NCBI GenBank assembly: GCA_964385285.1
Contig: CAYLOJ010000002.1
Location: 67,246-131,245, forward strand
Length of the DNA: 64,000 nucleotides
Direction of reading: 5' to 3'
DNA from: an uncultured Gammaproteobacteria bacterium
GTDB lineage: Bacteria; Patescibacteriota; Patescibacteriia; UBA9570
In this document: positions 1-9,305 of the stretch, in pieces
How the letters are laid out: every line of letters starts with the position of its first letter
Position numbering within the stretch: the stretch's first letter is position 1
Position numbers and translations under genes: made by a program
Notes under the pieces: model-generated
The model's input: the letters and a program-made list of their open reading frames with translations, nothing else
The model's database searches: none
Told to the model about the DNA's origin: nothing

Positions 1-1037
1 GTGGTGCTGAGACCAATCCTGCTCTGGTCAGTTACCAGCAACAGGATCTGCTCGCCCCGGTCGTCGAGGGCACCACTGGTGCCTACGTCCTGTGGCGGGC
101 CGGTCTCAATACCGGCTACAACGGAAACGATCTGGCCTTTGGGCTGGGCGGTTCCTATCAAGGGAAGTACTGGTCGAACGGCGGCCAGGATCTGCTCGAT
201 GACGGCAACTTGACGGCCAAGGTTCGCATTCTGCCCAACCGGCGGATCGGCCTCGACCTCAACGGCCGCATCGGACGCGATCGCTACGGCGTCGGCTACG
301 ACACCGAGGCGGTCAATGAGAGTCAGCTCATCACCGACTCCTGGAAGATCGAGGCGCTGCCGACCTATCGGATTGGATGGGCGCTGCCGGTCAGCGGACT
401 CTTCCGCTACCAGGAGCAGGTCTACGATCATCCGACGACTTGGGATAACACCCTGAGTCTAATGACGATCGGCACCTCCACCCGCTGGCAGTTCTTCCCG
501 AAGTCTGCGCTGTGGGCTGAGGGAGGGTACCGCCGCGGTGCATCCGAAAAGGAGGTCGTGATGACCTCTGATGGCGGATACATCAAGGGCGGGTTCGATG
601 GGAATCTGTTCACCCGCATCCAGCTGTTCATGGCCACGGGCTACAACCCGGTGGTCTACAGCGATGGCTCAGTCATCACGGACGCCAATGCGTTCACCTT
701 CCAGGGTGGACTGCGGTATGTGCGTCCGGGGTTGACGTTCAGCGCCGGGTTCTTCCGCGAGAACCGCGACATCTACTGGACCAGTGCGGTGTTGAGCCAA
801 GCTGGGAAGGTGGAGATCGCCTACAAGAACGATAAGTACGACGCTGCCGGTTTCAGCGCAAGCTACGGCAGCTACGACTATCTTCTTTCGGAGTACTCCA
901 CGGAGTGGATCACGCGCGGGTCCCTCTACGTGGAGGATGGCTACAAGCACTTCGCGGTGCGCCTCACGGTCAATTACGACCGCTGGGATGACACTCGCGA
1001 CAACCTCGCGGGAACGCTGGTGTTTTCCGTGCGGTAA
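1..1037 (+). CDS. Partial (5'-truncated) CDS. Frame 3 is open from the window start to the stop at 1037 and encodes a Gly/Tyr/Asn/Thr-rich protein with alternating hydrophobic pattern, possibly an outer-membrane beta-barrel or porin-like protein. Lies in GC-rich DNA.
   Basis: The ORF track starts it at Met 210, but the same frame translates without stops from nt 3 (GAETNPALVSYQQQDLLAPVVEGTTGAYVLWRAGLNTGYNG...). The beta-strand-like composition is inference only. Confidence 0.35.
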   Translation, partial: GAETNPALVSYQQQDLLAPVVEGTTGAYVLWRAGLNTGYNGNDLAFGLGGSYQGKYWSNGGQDLLDDGNLTAKVRILPNRRIGLDLNGRIGRDRYGVGYDTEAVNESQLITDSWKIEALPTYRIGWALPVSGLFRYQEQVYDHPTTWDNTLSLMTIGTSTRWQFFPKSALWAEGGYRRGASEKEVVMTSDGGYIKGGFDGNLFTRIQLFMATGYNPVVYSDGSVITDANAFTFQGGLRYVRPGLTFSAGFFRENRDIYWTSAVLSQAGKVEIAYKNDKYDAAGFSASYGSYDYLLSEYSTEWITRGSLYVEDGYKHFAVRLTVNYDRWDDTRDNLAGTLVFSVR

Positions 1038-1070
1038 CGCTACCAACAATTCAGGAGGTAGGGGGAACGT

Positions 1071-1113
1071 GGGGTCGATGTCTATCAAGATGTCGACCCC
1101 TGTTCTATTTCTG
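1071..1113. terminator. Hairpin GGGGTCGA-(14 nt loop)-TCGACCCC followed by a T-rich run, between the convergent beta-barrel-like gene (+) and pth (-). Candidate bidirectional terminator.
   Basis: Perfect 8-bp inverted repeat at 1071-1078 / 1093-1100, then tgttctatttctg. Confidence 0.45.
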
Positions 1114-1120
1114 TACAGTG

Positions 1121-1633
1121 TTAGTTAATCCAGTCTCGAACCCGCACTACTGTGCTAGCAATCACTTCAGTTAGGATAGTAGCTTCGGCTTTTGAAAATT
1201 TTCCTAAAACAAAATCTGCCGTATCACCCATAGCGCGGTCTGGATCTGTTGGGGCAATCCCTACCTTAAATCGCGCGAACTCTTCACTACCCACATGAGC
1301 AATAATTGATTTAATACCATTATGTCCGCCAGATGAACCTTTTGTGCGGAAGCGTACTGTGCCGAGTGGCAGATCTTTATCATCAAACACTACTAAGAGT
1401 TCGGGGATGGTGACATGATAGTAATCCATCACTGCGCGCACCGCTTCGCCTGAATGATTCATGTAAGTCAGGGGTTGCACAAATAGAGTATCACCCTGTT
1501 TGCTGAGCCGGCATTTTAATTTAGGGTGATCTTTCCAATCGTTAGTAAGTTTATCTAAAATCATGAATCCCACATTGTGTCGGGTATGATCATATGTCTT
1601 GCCGGGGTTACCTAAGCCAACCACTAGCTTCAT
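1121..1633 (-). CDS. pth: Peptidyl-tRNA hydrolase
   Basis: N-terminus MKLVVGLGNPGKTYDHTRHNVGF is the canonical Pth signature, at about 170 aa. Confidence 0.95.
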   Translation of the reverse strand: MKLVVGLGNPGKTYDHTRHNVGFMILDKLTNDWKDHPKLKCRLSKQGDTLFVQPLTYMNHSGEAVRAVMDYYHVTIPELLVVFDDKDLPLGTVRFRTKGSSGGHNGIKSIIAHVGSEEFARFKVGIAPTDPDRAMGDTADFVLGKFSKAEATILTEVIASTVVRVRDWIN

Positions 1634-1635
1634 AA

Positions 1636-3024
1636 CTACTTTTGTTTAGGAATATGTTGAGCGACTTCCAAGTAAATCGGTACACCATCATACGGGCAGC
1701 GGGTACGAATCGCTTTTTCCACCATGTGAATAATGGCTGGAGCCAATGCTTTCGGGCGGGGAGTCAGTAAAATAAAGCGCGGCGGTTTTACATCTAATTG
1801 ATGCAAGCCCTCCAACACTAAATCACGTTTTGGTGTGGCGGCAAAACCAGGGCGACTTTCCTTTGGTCCACGCGATAAAATTTGACGCACAATGCCATCC
1901 AGCTCTTCTTGTTCCATCCAATGATTCTGGTAATCATAAATGCGTTTTACTACATCCAGTACTTGTGTAGTGCGCTGATGCTCAAGTGCAGAAATAAATA
2001 GAATAGGAGTTTCCGGAGAAAAATCGAAGTGACGACTATAGTACTTGAGATACTCATTGATCGTGCTTGGGGTTTTATTTGGAATGGCATCCCATTTGTT
2101 AATGGCTAACATGAAGCTGCGCCCTTTCATTTTAATATAATCCATCAAGGCCTTATCTTGGTGATTAATGTGTTGTTGAGCTTCAATGACATACACCACC
2201 ACATCGGCTCGAAAGATCGTATCTTTCGTTCCTTCCACACTCAACTTTTCTAATTTACCATCTTGACCAGAACCGACACGCGTCTTGCGGCGCATACCAG
2301 CTGTATCAATTAATTGATAAACCTGGCCACCGTATTCCACTAAGGTGTCATGGGGATCACGTGTTGTATGTGGGATTGGGCTCACAATGACACGGTCTTC
2401 ACCAATCAAGGAATTAAACAGTGTCGATTTGCCCACATTAGGCTGTCCCACAATCGCTACTTTCACCGGTTGCAAATCCTCAATCACGCTCGGTACATGC
2501 GGAATTTTCTCCAAAATTGCATCAATTAATTCTGCGGTGCCAGTACCATTTTTTGCCGAGCAGGGGATCAACTCCGCAAAGGGTAATGGAGCAAAGGTAC
2601 TTAAGGCAGTATGGCGACCACGTAAACTATCTGCTTTGTTCACACACACAATCACTGGCACGCCACAGCGTTTTAAGAACAAGGCACTATCACGATCCTG
2701 TGGCATGAGTTCTCCGCGACCATCGACTACAAACACTACGGCATCAGCCTCTTTTAAAGCTACCTCCACTTGTCGTTTAATCTCTTTATCCAAGAGGTCA
2801 TACGCGGACATATCTAAACCACCGGTATCGATTAACTCAAACCCAAACCCTTTCCAGTGCACCATCGAGCGATTTTGATCACGCGTGGTGTTTTCAAGTG
2901 CAGAGACAATCGCTTTGCCTTTATCGGCTAGACGGTTAAATAGAGTAGATTTTCCGGCATTCGTTCGGCCAATCAACACCACCTTCGGATACTTGTTTTT
3001 AATTTGTTTGGCTAGAAGAGTCAT
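1636..3024 (-). CDS. der: GTPase Der/EngA (two tandem GTP-binding domains plus KH-like C-terminus)
   Basis: Two P-loops, GRTNAGKSTLFN and GQPNVGKSTLFN, with the DTGG/DTAG and NKxD motifs in each half. Confidence 0.95.
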   Translation of the reverse strand: MTLLAKQIKNKYPKVVLIGRTNAGKSTLFNRLADKGKAIVSALENTTRDQNRSMVHWKGFGFELIDTGGLDMSAYDLLDKEIKRQVEVALKEADAVVFVVDGRGELMPQDRDSALFLKRCGVPVIVCVNKADSLRGRHTALSTFAPLPFAELIPCSAKNGTGTAELIDAILEKIPHVPSVIEDLQPVKVAIVGQPNVGKSTLFNSLIGEDRVIVSPIPHTTRDPHDTLVEYGGQVYQLIDTAGMRRKTRVGSGQDGKLEKLSVEGTKDTIFRADVVVYVIEAQQHINHQDKALMDYIKMKGRSFMLAINKWDAIPNKTPSTINEYLKYYSRHFDFSPETPILFISALEHQRTTQVLDVVKRIYDYQNHWMEQEELDGIVRQILSRGPKESRPGFAATPKRDLVLEGLHQLDVKPPRFILLTPRPKALAPAIIHMVEKAIRTRCPYDGVPIYLEVAQHIPKQK

Positions 3025-4540
3025 CGTTTCCTACAATAATGATAAAATCGGCTGAACTATCCAATGTGCCATCATCTAAACTCAGCAAGGTTTCGGTTTG
3101 TCGATCCGTAGCTAATGTGCCGTTGGTGCTAGCTACTAACTGATTAGTAGTATCGTCGCTGACAGCAGTATTCAGTTGATAAATAGTAGTGATCGCATAA
3201 TCATTCGTCAACGCATTACCAATATCATCAATCGTATAACCGTCCGCTTCCAAATTTGCGGCCATGGTAGTGGCTAAACCCGCCTTCGTCGTACCATTAA
3301 GCACTTGAATAGTTACAGCATCAGTTGAGGCCCCAGTACTCGTGCCAGTGTCGGTACCACTTGTTGTGGAGACGGTAAGGTCAACTTGAAAGATTTTTTT
3401 TGCGACGGCTTGAATTTCTGAGTAGTCATAGTCACCGGCTACTGGTACAACAATCGATGCGCCTGTTTCCGTTGAACGACTCGTCATCACTAAACCACCT
3501 GGAGAATCATCTACGACCTTATTGATGATGTCATCTGGATTGACCAAACCAACTAGTTCAAACAACCGTGAGATTTCCCACAATTCTAAATTTGTAATCA
3601 TGTGGTCATCCACATCGCTTAGTAAGGTGGAGATGCGTGTTGGGTTGAGTACCGTGCCGGCGGACAATACGTTATCTTTGAATGCTTGTAATACATATTG
3701 TTGGCGTTTGGCCCGAGCAAAGTCACTACTTTCCTCGCTGTAGCTAGGGGAGTTGGGTAACAATTTTCGAATGCGACTATAGATTAAGGCGCGTTCACCA
3801 TCCATATGTTCAGTACCGGCTTCAAATTCAATTGCGCAATAGGCGCCATCTTCTAGGTAGTAGAGGTTAGAGCGTGGGCAGGCGGTCGACATCTCCTTGG
3901 CTCCGTAGTAGCCGACAAAATCGTGATCAATTTGCACATCGACTCCACCCACGTCATCAATTAACTGACGAAAACCAGAGAAATCAATCAAGGCATAGTA
4001 TTGAATGGTGAGGCCGGTGACCGTTTCTACGCTTTTTACAGCGGTCTCCATGCCACCAGCAGCATACGCGTAGTTGATTTTTCGACCTTCATAATAACCA
4101 GAGTCACCCTCACTATAGATTTTTACAATCAGATCACGTGGTAAGGAAAGTAATGCGACCTGTTTGGTGGAAGGTTTGATACTGGCAACCATAATGGAAT
4201 CGGTCAGCGTGCCACCGTCATGCCCATCACCACCAATACCGAGTAACAAAATGTTAACACGATCTTTTTGCTCACCTTTTACTGGATCAGAATGTTTGGT
4301 CACTAATGAACCCAACTGGCTGATTACAGAACCAGAGTCCGATGTGAACCATTGTTTTCCCCAGGCGGCATAAGCTAATAACCCCACGCAGATGGCTAAA
4401 ATCAAAGGAATTACCCACAAACGGTGATCAAACCCGTGGGTCTTCTCTGTGGGGGGTAAAGTAGCGGTATCCACCTCTTGAATGGGGGTGGAATGGATCA
4501 CGACTTTAACTGTATGGGAGGGGTCTGATGATTTAAACAT
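2999..4540 (-). CDS. LytR-CpsA-Psr (LCP) family cell-envelope phosphotransferase with N-terminal TM anchor and C-terminal LytR_C-like Thr/Ser-rich region
   Basis: TM helix (VIPLILAICVGLLAYAAW), then the LCP core LLGIGGDGHDGGTLTDSIMVASIKP...LLSLPRDL. Confidence 0.9.
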   Translation of the reverse strand: MFKSSDPSHTVKVVIHSTPIQEVDTATLPPTEKTHGFDHRLWVIPLILAICVGLLAYAAWGKQWFTSDSGSVISQLGSLVTKHSDPVKGEQKDRVNILLLGIGGDGHDGGTLTDSIMVASIKPSTKQVALLSLPRDLIVKIYSEGDSGYYEGRKINYAYAAGGMETAVKSVETVTGLTIQYYALIDFSGFRQLIDDVGGVDVQIDHDFVGYYGAKEMSTACPRSNLYYLEDGAYCAIEFEAGTEHMDGERALIYSRIRKLLPNSPSYSEESSDFARAKRQQYVLQAFKDNVLSAGTVLNPTRISTLLSDVDDHMITNLELWEISRLFELVGLVNPDDIINKVVDDSPGGLVMTSRSTETGASIVVPVAGDYDYSEIQAVAKKIFQVDLTVSTTSGTDTGTSTGASTDAVTIQVLNGTTKAGLATTMAANLEADGYTIDDIGNALTNDYAITTIYQLNTAVSDDTTNQLVASTNGTLATDRQTETLLSLDDGTLDSSADFIIIVGNDDSSSQTN

Positions 4541-4564
4541 CGGGGGTCAGTATAGCCCGCCTAC

Positions 4565-4593
4565 TTGATTTGTTCAAGGATTTCTTGTATGGT
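4565..4593 (+). promoter_or_regulatory. Candidate sigma70-type promoter TTGATT-N17-TATGGT upstream of the receiver-domain gene
   Basis: -35 at 4565-4570, 17-nt spacer, -10 at 4588-4593; the ATG is at 4605. Confidence 0.35.
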
Positions 4594-4604
4594 AAGCGGA
4601 GTCT

Positions 4605-4994
4605 ATGCAGGAAAAAAAGAAGGTTCTGATCATTGAGGATGAAGCTCCTCTCAGCAAAATCCTTCAGGAGGTCTTCCTGGAGCGCGGTTTTGATGTCGAT
4701 GTTGCTGTCCAAGGTGAAGAAGGTTGGCATAAAACCAAAGAAAATGTGCCAGATGTGATCCTGTTAGACATTATTATGCCCAAGTTAGACGGCTTTGTGT
4801 ACTTGAAGCGTTTGCGGGCCGCCAAGAAATTGGCTAAGATCCCTGTAATCATTCTCTCTAATCTAGGGCAAGAAAGCGATATTGCCGAAGCCCGTGAGTT
4901 AGGTGCCATCGATTACCTCGTTAAATCTAATCATACGATCGAAGCCATTGTGCAACGCGTCGAAGCTATTTTTCATGAATCCAAAATTAACTAG
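4605..4994 (+). CDS. Stand-alone response-regulator receiver (CheY-like) domain protein
   Basis: KKVLIIEDE...DVILLDIIMPKLDG...PVIILSNLG carries the REC-domain acidic pocket and phospho-acceptor Asp; there is no output domain. Confidence 0.85.
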   Translation: MQEKKKVLIIEDEAPLSKILQEVFLERGFDVDVAVQGEEGWHKTKENVPDVILLDIIMPKLDGFVYLKRLRAAKKLAKIPVIILSNLGQESDIAEARELGAIDYLVKSNHTIEAIVQRVEAIFHESKIN

Positions 4995-5514
4995 TGCTGC
5001 CTCCTTTCTCTGGGAAGTGGTCAAGGTAGTCGCCATTTCATTAATGATTGTCTTGCCAATTCGGTATTTTTTGGTGCAGCCGTTTTATGTGAAAGGGTCT
5101 TCAATGGAACCTAATTTCCATGATTATCAATATCTCATTATTGATGAGTTAACGTATCGTTTTCAGGAACCAGAGCGAGGTCAAGTGGTAGTCATGCGCG
5201 ATCCGGCTGATCATAACAAATATTTCATTAAGCGCATTGTAGGTTTACCTGGAGATACTGTGCTGATCCAGAATGGGGATGTCTATTTAAATGGGGATCA
5301 GTTAGATGAGACGACGTATTTGGATTCCAGTGTTGAAACGTTTGCCAGTAATGGCAATGATGAGGTGACATTGGGTAGCGACGAATATTTTGTGATGGGG
5401 GACAATCGTCCAGCCAGTTATGATTCGCGTCGCTTTGGTGCTGTAAAACAATCTGAGTTTGTCGGACGTGTATGGGTGCGGGCGTGGCCATTTACTAAAT
5501 TTGCCATTTATTAA
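4975..5514 (+). CDS. lepB: Signal peptidase I. The ORF opens at 4903, but the likely start is MNPKL at 4975.
   Basis: TM helix, then GSSMEPNF (catalytic Ser box), KRIVGLPGDTV, and the GDNRPASYDSRRFG box. Confidence 0.9.
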   Translation: MNPKLTSAASFLWEVVKVVAISLMIVLPIRYFLVQPFYVKGSSMEPNFHDYQYLIIDELTYRFQEPERGQVVVMRDPADHNKYFIKRIVGLPGDTVLIQNGDVYLNGDQLDETTYLDSSVETFASNGNDEVTLGSDEYFVMGDNRPASYDSRRFGAVKQSEFVGRVWVRAWPFTKFAIY

Positions 5515-5527
5515 TCAGCGTAAGACT

Positions 5528-7171
5528 ATGCCTAAAAAGAAAGTCATGAAAATTGAAAAACCTTCCAAAGCCGTTCCTGCTAAAGCGCCAGCTGCTCCAG
5601 TTGTTGCTAAAAAAGCACGTCGTAAATTTGAACCACCTCAGTTATTAAAAGGGATGAAAGATATCTTGCCAGAAGAGCAATCCTATCGGATGGCTATTTT
5701 GCGCAAATTGGAAGATATCGCCATTGCCTATGGTTACCAGCGCATTGATACGCCTATTCTTGAGCAGGCTTCGTTGTTCCAACGCTCGATTGGTGAACAG
5801 ACTGATGTTGTCCAGAAAGAGATGTATGATTTTGAAGATAAATCGGGTGACCGTGTTGCCATGCGTCCAGAATTTACTGCTTCCATTGCACGCGCTTACA
5901 TTGAACACGGCATGGTAAATCGCACTCAGCCAGTGAAATTGTATACGATTGGACCCTTGTTCCGACATGATCGTCCTCAAGCTGGACGGTATCGTCAATT
6001 TTGGCAATTAGATTTAGAAGTCATTGGCGAAGGCCAGCCCATTATTGATGCTGAGTTAATTGCCATTGGTTATTTCTTGTTTAGAGATCTTGGTTTAGAT
6101 GCCACAGTGCATATCAATAGTATTGGTGATGAGCAGTGCCGCCCACAATACATTCAGACATTGCAAGAATATTTCAAAGCACGCAAAAAAAATCTTTGTG
6201 AAAACTGCAAATTGCGTTTAGCAAAAAACACTTTGCGTTTGTTGGATTGTAAGGAACCTGCCTGTGTTGAAATTGCTCAAGACGCACCACAAATGGTGGA
6301 TCACCTTTGCGCACCTTGCCGTGATCACTTCGTAAAAGTATTGGAGCACTTAGATGAAACTCAGATCCCGTATACGTTGAATCCAAAGATTGTGCGAGGT
6401 TTAGATTACTATTCACGTACGGCTTGGGAATTTTTCCCAGTATTACAAGGTGAAGAACAGATGCAAACGCAATCCGCGTTGGCTGGTGGTGGTCGTTATG
6501 ATACGTTGCTGGGCCAACTTGGTGCTGCGCAACCGGTGCCAGCATCCGGATTCGCCGCTGGTATTGAGCGTTTGATTTTGGCAATGAAGGCAAAAAATAT
6601 TACTTTACCTAGTCTCTACGTTCCAGATGTGTTTCTAGCACAGCTCGGTGCCTCGGCTCAAAAACGGTCGATTGGTTTAATGGAGCAATTGCGTCAGGCT
6701 GGATTTAAAGTCTGGGGAAATCTAGTGAAGGAAAGTTTGTCTGCACAATTAAAAGTTGCCAATAAGTTAGGTGTGCGTTTTACCTTAATCTTTGGTCAGA
6801 AAGAATTGTTGGATGGTACCATCATTATTCGTGACATGGATAGTGGTTCTCAAGAAATTGTAGATATCAAAAAAGTGGAAAAAGAGTTAGCCAAGCGCAT
6901 TGAGAAAGCACCAACTCCCGCGACTCCACGCATCGTCGGTGCCTATGATGCATTGGCTGCGAATATTGAAGAGATTCCAATGGGTCCGGGACATCATAAC
7001 AATCAAGCGCAACAAAATCGCAATGCGAACACTGTAGTGCCTACAGCTGAAGCATCTGAACCTGTTGAACCGCTCGCGGAAGTAATTGAAGAAGCTGAGC
7101 CATTACAATCCGAGTTGCCGATTGATGAACCAGAGGTGGACGTGGATGACAAAGCAGACGATAAAAAATAA
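5528..7171 (+). CDS. hisS: Histidyl-tRNA synthetase with a Lys/Ala/Pro-rich N-terminal extension and an acidic C-terminal tail of about 90 aa. The ORF track starts at a TTG at 5459; ATG 5528 is preferred.
   Basis: Class II aaRS motifs and the HisS-specific regions (MRPEFTASIARAY, GGGRYD, FAAGIERL), plus an anticodon-binding domain. Confidence 0.95.
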   Translation: MPKKKVMKIEKPSKAVPAKAPAAPVVAKKARRKFEPPQLLKGMKDILPEEQSYRMAILRKLEDIAIAYGYQRIDTPILEQASLFQRSIGEQTDVVQKEMYDFEDKSGDRVAMRPEFTASIARAYIEHGMVNRTQPVKLYTIGPLFRHDRPQAGRYRQFWQLDLEVIGEGQPIIDAELIAIGYFLFRDLGLDATVHINSIGDEQCRPQYIQTLQEYFKARKKNLCENCKLRLAKNTLRLLDCKEPACVEIAQDAPQMVDHLCAPCRDHFVKVLEHLDETQIPYTLNPKIVRGLDYYSRTAWEFFPVLQGEEQMQTQSALAGGGRYDTLLGQLGAAQPVPASGFAAGIERLILAMKAKNITLPSLYVPDVFLAQLGASAQKRSIGLMEQLRQAGFKVWGNLVKESLSAQLKVANKLGVRFTLIFGQKELLDGTIIIRDMDSGSQEIVDIKKVEKELAKRIEKAPTPATPRIVGAYDALAANIEEIPMGPGHHNNQAQQNRNANTVVPTAEASEPVEPLAEVIEEAEPLQSELPIDEPEVDVDDKADDKK

Positions 7172-7509
7172 TGGATTGCATCTTCTGTAAAATCGCCAAT
7201 CACGAAATTCCCGCCAAGTTCATTTTTGAAAATGATCAGGTGATGGTTATTCCGGATATTGCACCCAAGGCCAAAGTGCATCTGTTAGCTATTCCAAAGC
7301 AACACATTGCTAACTTGAATGATATTGTTGAAGAGAATAAAACAGTGATGGGCGAGTTGGCGTTAGCCATTGCAAACGTCACTGCGCAGTTAGGAATCGC
7401 GCAATCGGGTTATAAGGTCATTACTAATAATGGCCACGATGGTGGTCAGGCGGTACCGCATTTGCACATGCATGTATTAGGTGGGGAAAAGATTCCTAGC
7501 ATCACCTAA
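7171..7509 (+). CDS. HIT-family (histidine triad) nucleotide hydrolase
   Basis: CIFCKI...HLHMHVLGG histidine triad at 112 aa; its start overlaps the hisS stop. Confidence 0.9.
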   Translation: MDCIFCKIANHEIPAKFIFENDQVMVIPDIAPKAKVHLLAIPKQHIANLNDIVEENKTVMGELALAIANVTAQLGIAQSGYKVITNNGHDGGQAVPHLHMHVLGGEKIPSIT

Positions 7510-7568
7510 ATCTAATGTTGGGGTGCGCGCGGGAGAGAGATGAATCTACCTCCCACGCGTCTGCCCTC

Positions 7569-8441
7569 CTACCAGAAGCGATTGATCGCACTCATGTGTT
7601 CGATCTCCGCTTTGAGGTGCTCTACGAGGCGATCGGTGCACTGTGGTTCCAGCCACCAGCAGTGCGGACTGTCCTCGATCCAGGTCAGCTCGGATCGCGT
7701 GCGCCAGGCGAGCCAGTGCAGCGACCAGCGACTGATCAGTGCATCAGCGGTGAAGCCGATGATGATCCGTTGCCGTTTCTGACCCAGCTCCAGTGCACGT
7801 TGTAGGATCCTCCGCGGCATGAAGTAGGCGAAGAGGAACTGCACGAACAGCCAGGCGCTGTCCGGCTGCTGCACTTGGAAGAACTGGTCGAACCGATTGG
7901 CTGTGCACTGAGTGCCTGCGAACAGGCCCTGGACCATGCCAGCAGGGAACTGCACACTGCGACCAGTCAGTAGGCTACGCACGACAGCCGGGAGGCCTGC
8001 ACATCCGCCGTTCCACCAGAAGCTGGGGTGGAGGCAGATCCAGTACCCGTTGGTACCGGTCGGCGCGAGGTTGATCACGCCTTGTGTGTAGCTCTTGAAG
8101 GTGTAGGCGAGATCATCTGCGATGGCACCCCCGAAAGAGTGTCCCATCCAGATGACCTCCCGGTTGATCACCATGCGCCGTATCAGGCTATTTACATAGT
8201 TGCGTGCAGCCTGCAGTTGGTCACCCAGAGTGGTGCGCCCAGCGTGATCACCGTGCTTGCGCTCGATGATCAGAAACTGGTGTTGGACGCCGGCGCGCTG
8301 CAGCGCTGCAATCGTCTCAGACCAAGTCTCCCTGCCGGTCTGGCAGTAGCCGTGGATGCAGACGATCAGCGGCAACCGTGGGTCGCCGTTGGTGAGCGTG
8401 CAGTCGTAGTCGTTTCCGAGAGTTTCGTTGTCATTGAACAT
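7569..8441 (-). CDS. Alpha/beta-hydrolase (esterase/lipase-like) encoded in a GC-rich island
   Basis: GHSFGG nucleophile elbow (GxSxG). AGGAG RBS 6 nt upstream of the ATG. The high GC contrasts with its neighbours. Confidence 0.7.
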   Translation of the reverse strand: MFNDNETLGNDYDCTLTNGDPRLPLIVCIHGYCQTGRETWSETIAALQRAGVQHQFLIIERKHGDHAGRTTLGDQLQAARNYVNSLIRRMVINREVIWMGHSFGGAIADDLAYTFKSYTQGVINLAPTGTNGYWICLHPSFWWNGGCAGLPAVVRSLLTGRSVQFPAGMVQGLFAGTQCTANRFDQFFQVQQPDSAWLFVQFLFAYFMPRRILQRALELGQKRQRIIIGFTADALISRWSLHWLAWRTRSELTWIEDSPHCWWLEPQCTDRLVEHLKAEIEHMSAINRFW

Positions 8442-8478
8442 GCCGATCTCCTAGTTTGGCACGCACGTTGTAATGGAA

Positions 8479-8506
8479 AGAACAGTATTTGTCAATACGG
8501 CAGATG
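8479..8506 (+). promoter_or_regulatory. Candidate promoter TTGTCA-N16-TATACT immediately upstream of the GATase gene, giving a short, nearly leaderless 5' UTR
   Basis: -35 at 8479-8484, -10 at 8501-8506, ATG at 8523. Confidence 0.35.
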
Positions 8507-8522
8507 TAGTTATACTAAATGG

Positions 8523-9215
8523 ATGAAACCAATTTTGATTATTCAAAACATTACGCGTGAGCAGGCTGGGCTAATAGAGGTTGTCTTCAATGAACAAGAC
8601 ATTCCATTTCATATCCTAGATTTAAGTAAGGAGAGCGTTATACCAAGTAAATTAGAAGAGTATAGTGGTGTTGTGATGATGGGTGGGCCGGATAGTGCCA
8701 ACGACACCACACCTAAAATGCAGAACGCTTTACAGTTGGCTAAACAAGCCTTGGATCTCCAATTGCCTTATTTGGGCATCTGTTTAGGTCATCAGGTATT
8801 AGCGAAAGCGGCTGGCGGTAGAGTAGTGCGTAGCCCTGTTAAGGAAGTTGGATGGAATTACACTATTCAGATTACTCCTACTGGTTTAATCAGTCCTTTA
8901 CTAAAGGATCTGCCAACACCGTTGCCGGTCTTTCAACTACACGGAGAGATGGTAATTACAACTCCCGAGATGCAAATTTTAGCTTCAGGTGAGGATTGTC
9001 CTGTACATATTATACAATGCGGGTCGGCAGCCTATGGTTTGCAGTGTCACTTAGAATTAACAGATGTACTGTATCAGATTTGGCTAGATCAGGATCCTGA
9101 TTTGCGTGCCTTGAATCGTTCACAATTAGAACAAGCATGGCAAACAGCCAAGGTTGAATACACAACCCATGGTAAACAATTAATCCACAACTGGTTGCAG
9201 CAATTTTCTAGTTGA
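8523..9215 (+). CDS. Class I glutamine amidotransferase domain protein. The upstream part of ORF 8028-9215 is antisense to the GC-rich hydrolase and is not coding.
   Basis: MKPILIIQNI...PYLGICLGHQVLAKAAGG carries the catalytic Cys in the G-x-C-x-G context. The GC content shifts at about 8450. Confidence 0.8.
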   Translation: MKPILIIQNITREQAGLIEVVFNEQDIPFHILDLSKESVIPSKLEEYSGVVMMGGPDSANDTTPKMQNALQLAKQALDLQLPYLGICLGHQVLAKAAGGRVVRSPVKEVGWNYTIQITPTGLISPLLKDLPTPLPVFQLHGEMVITTPEMQILASGEDCPVHIIQCGSAAYGLQCHLELTDVLYQIWLDQDPDLRALNRSQLEQAWQTAKVEYTTHGKQLIHNWLQQFSS

Positions 9216-9240
9216 CATTCAAAAAAGTTAGTGTTATAGT
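9212..9240 (+). promoter_or_regulatory. Strong sigma70-like promoter candidate TTGACA-N17-TATAGT upstream of rpsU, possibly the operon promoter for rpsU-yqeY and the giant-gene cassette
   Basis: Consensus -35 at 9212-9217 overlaps the GATase stop; -10 at 9235-9240; a GGAGGTG RBS lies 8 nt before ATG 9306. Confidence 0.45.
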
Positions 9241-9305
9241 CCAAGCAACTTTGAGACGTTCAAAGCTATATAATCTATTCTCTTCACCTGAGGAGGTGAA
9301 AATGT

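Noticed and set aside
1-213. ORF 1-213 (frame 1) listed by the ORF track
   Set aside because: Its Arg/Pro/Ser-rich translation is implausible. Frame 3 is open across the same bases and is continuous with the 210-1037 protein.
2345-2878. Plus-strand ORFs inside der (2345-2878, 2517-2708), and ORFs 62328-62735 (+), 63019-63231 (+), 63159-63524 (+) and 63265-63531 (-) in the GC-rich tail
   Set aside because: They are antisense or alternative frames overlapping well-supported genes, with low-complexity or Arg-rich translations.
8028-8522. 5' portion of ORF 8028-9215, and ORFs 7515-7805 and 7736-7957
   Set aside because: They are antisense or alternative frames over the GC-rich hydrolase gene. 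The real GATase gene starts at 8523, where composition and protein sequence change.
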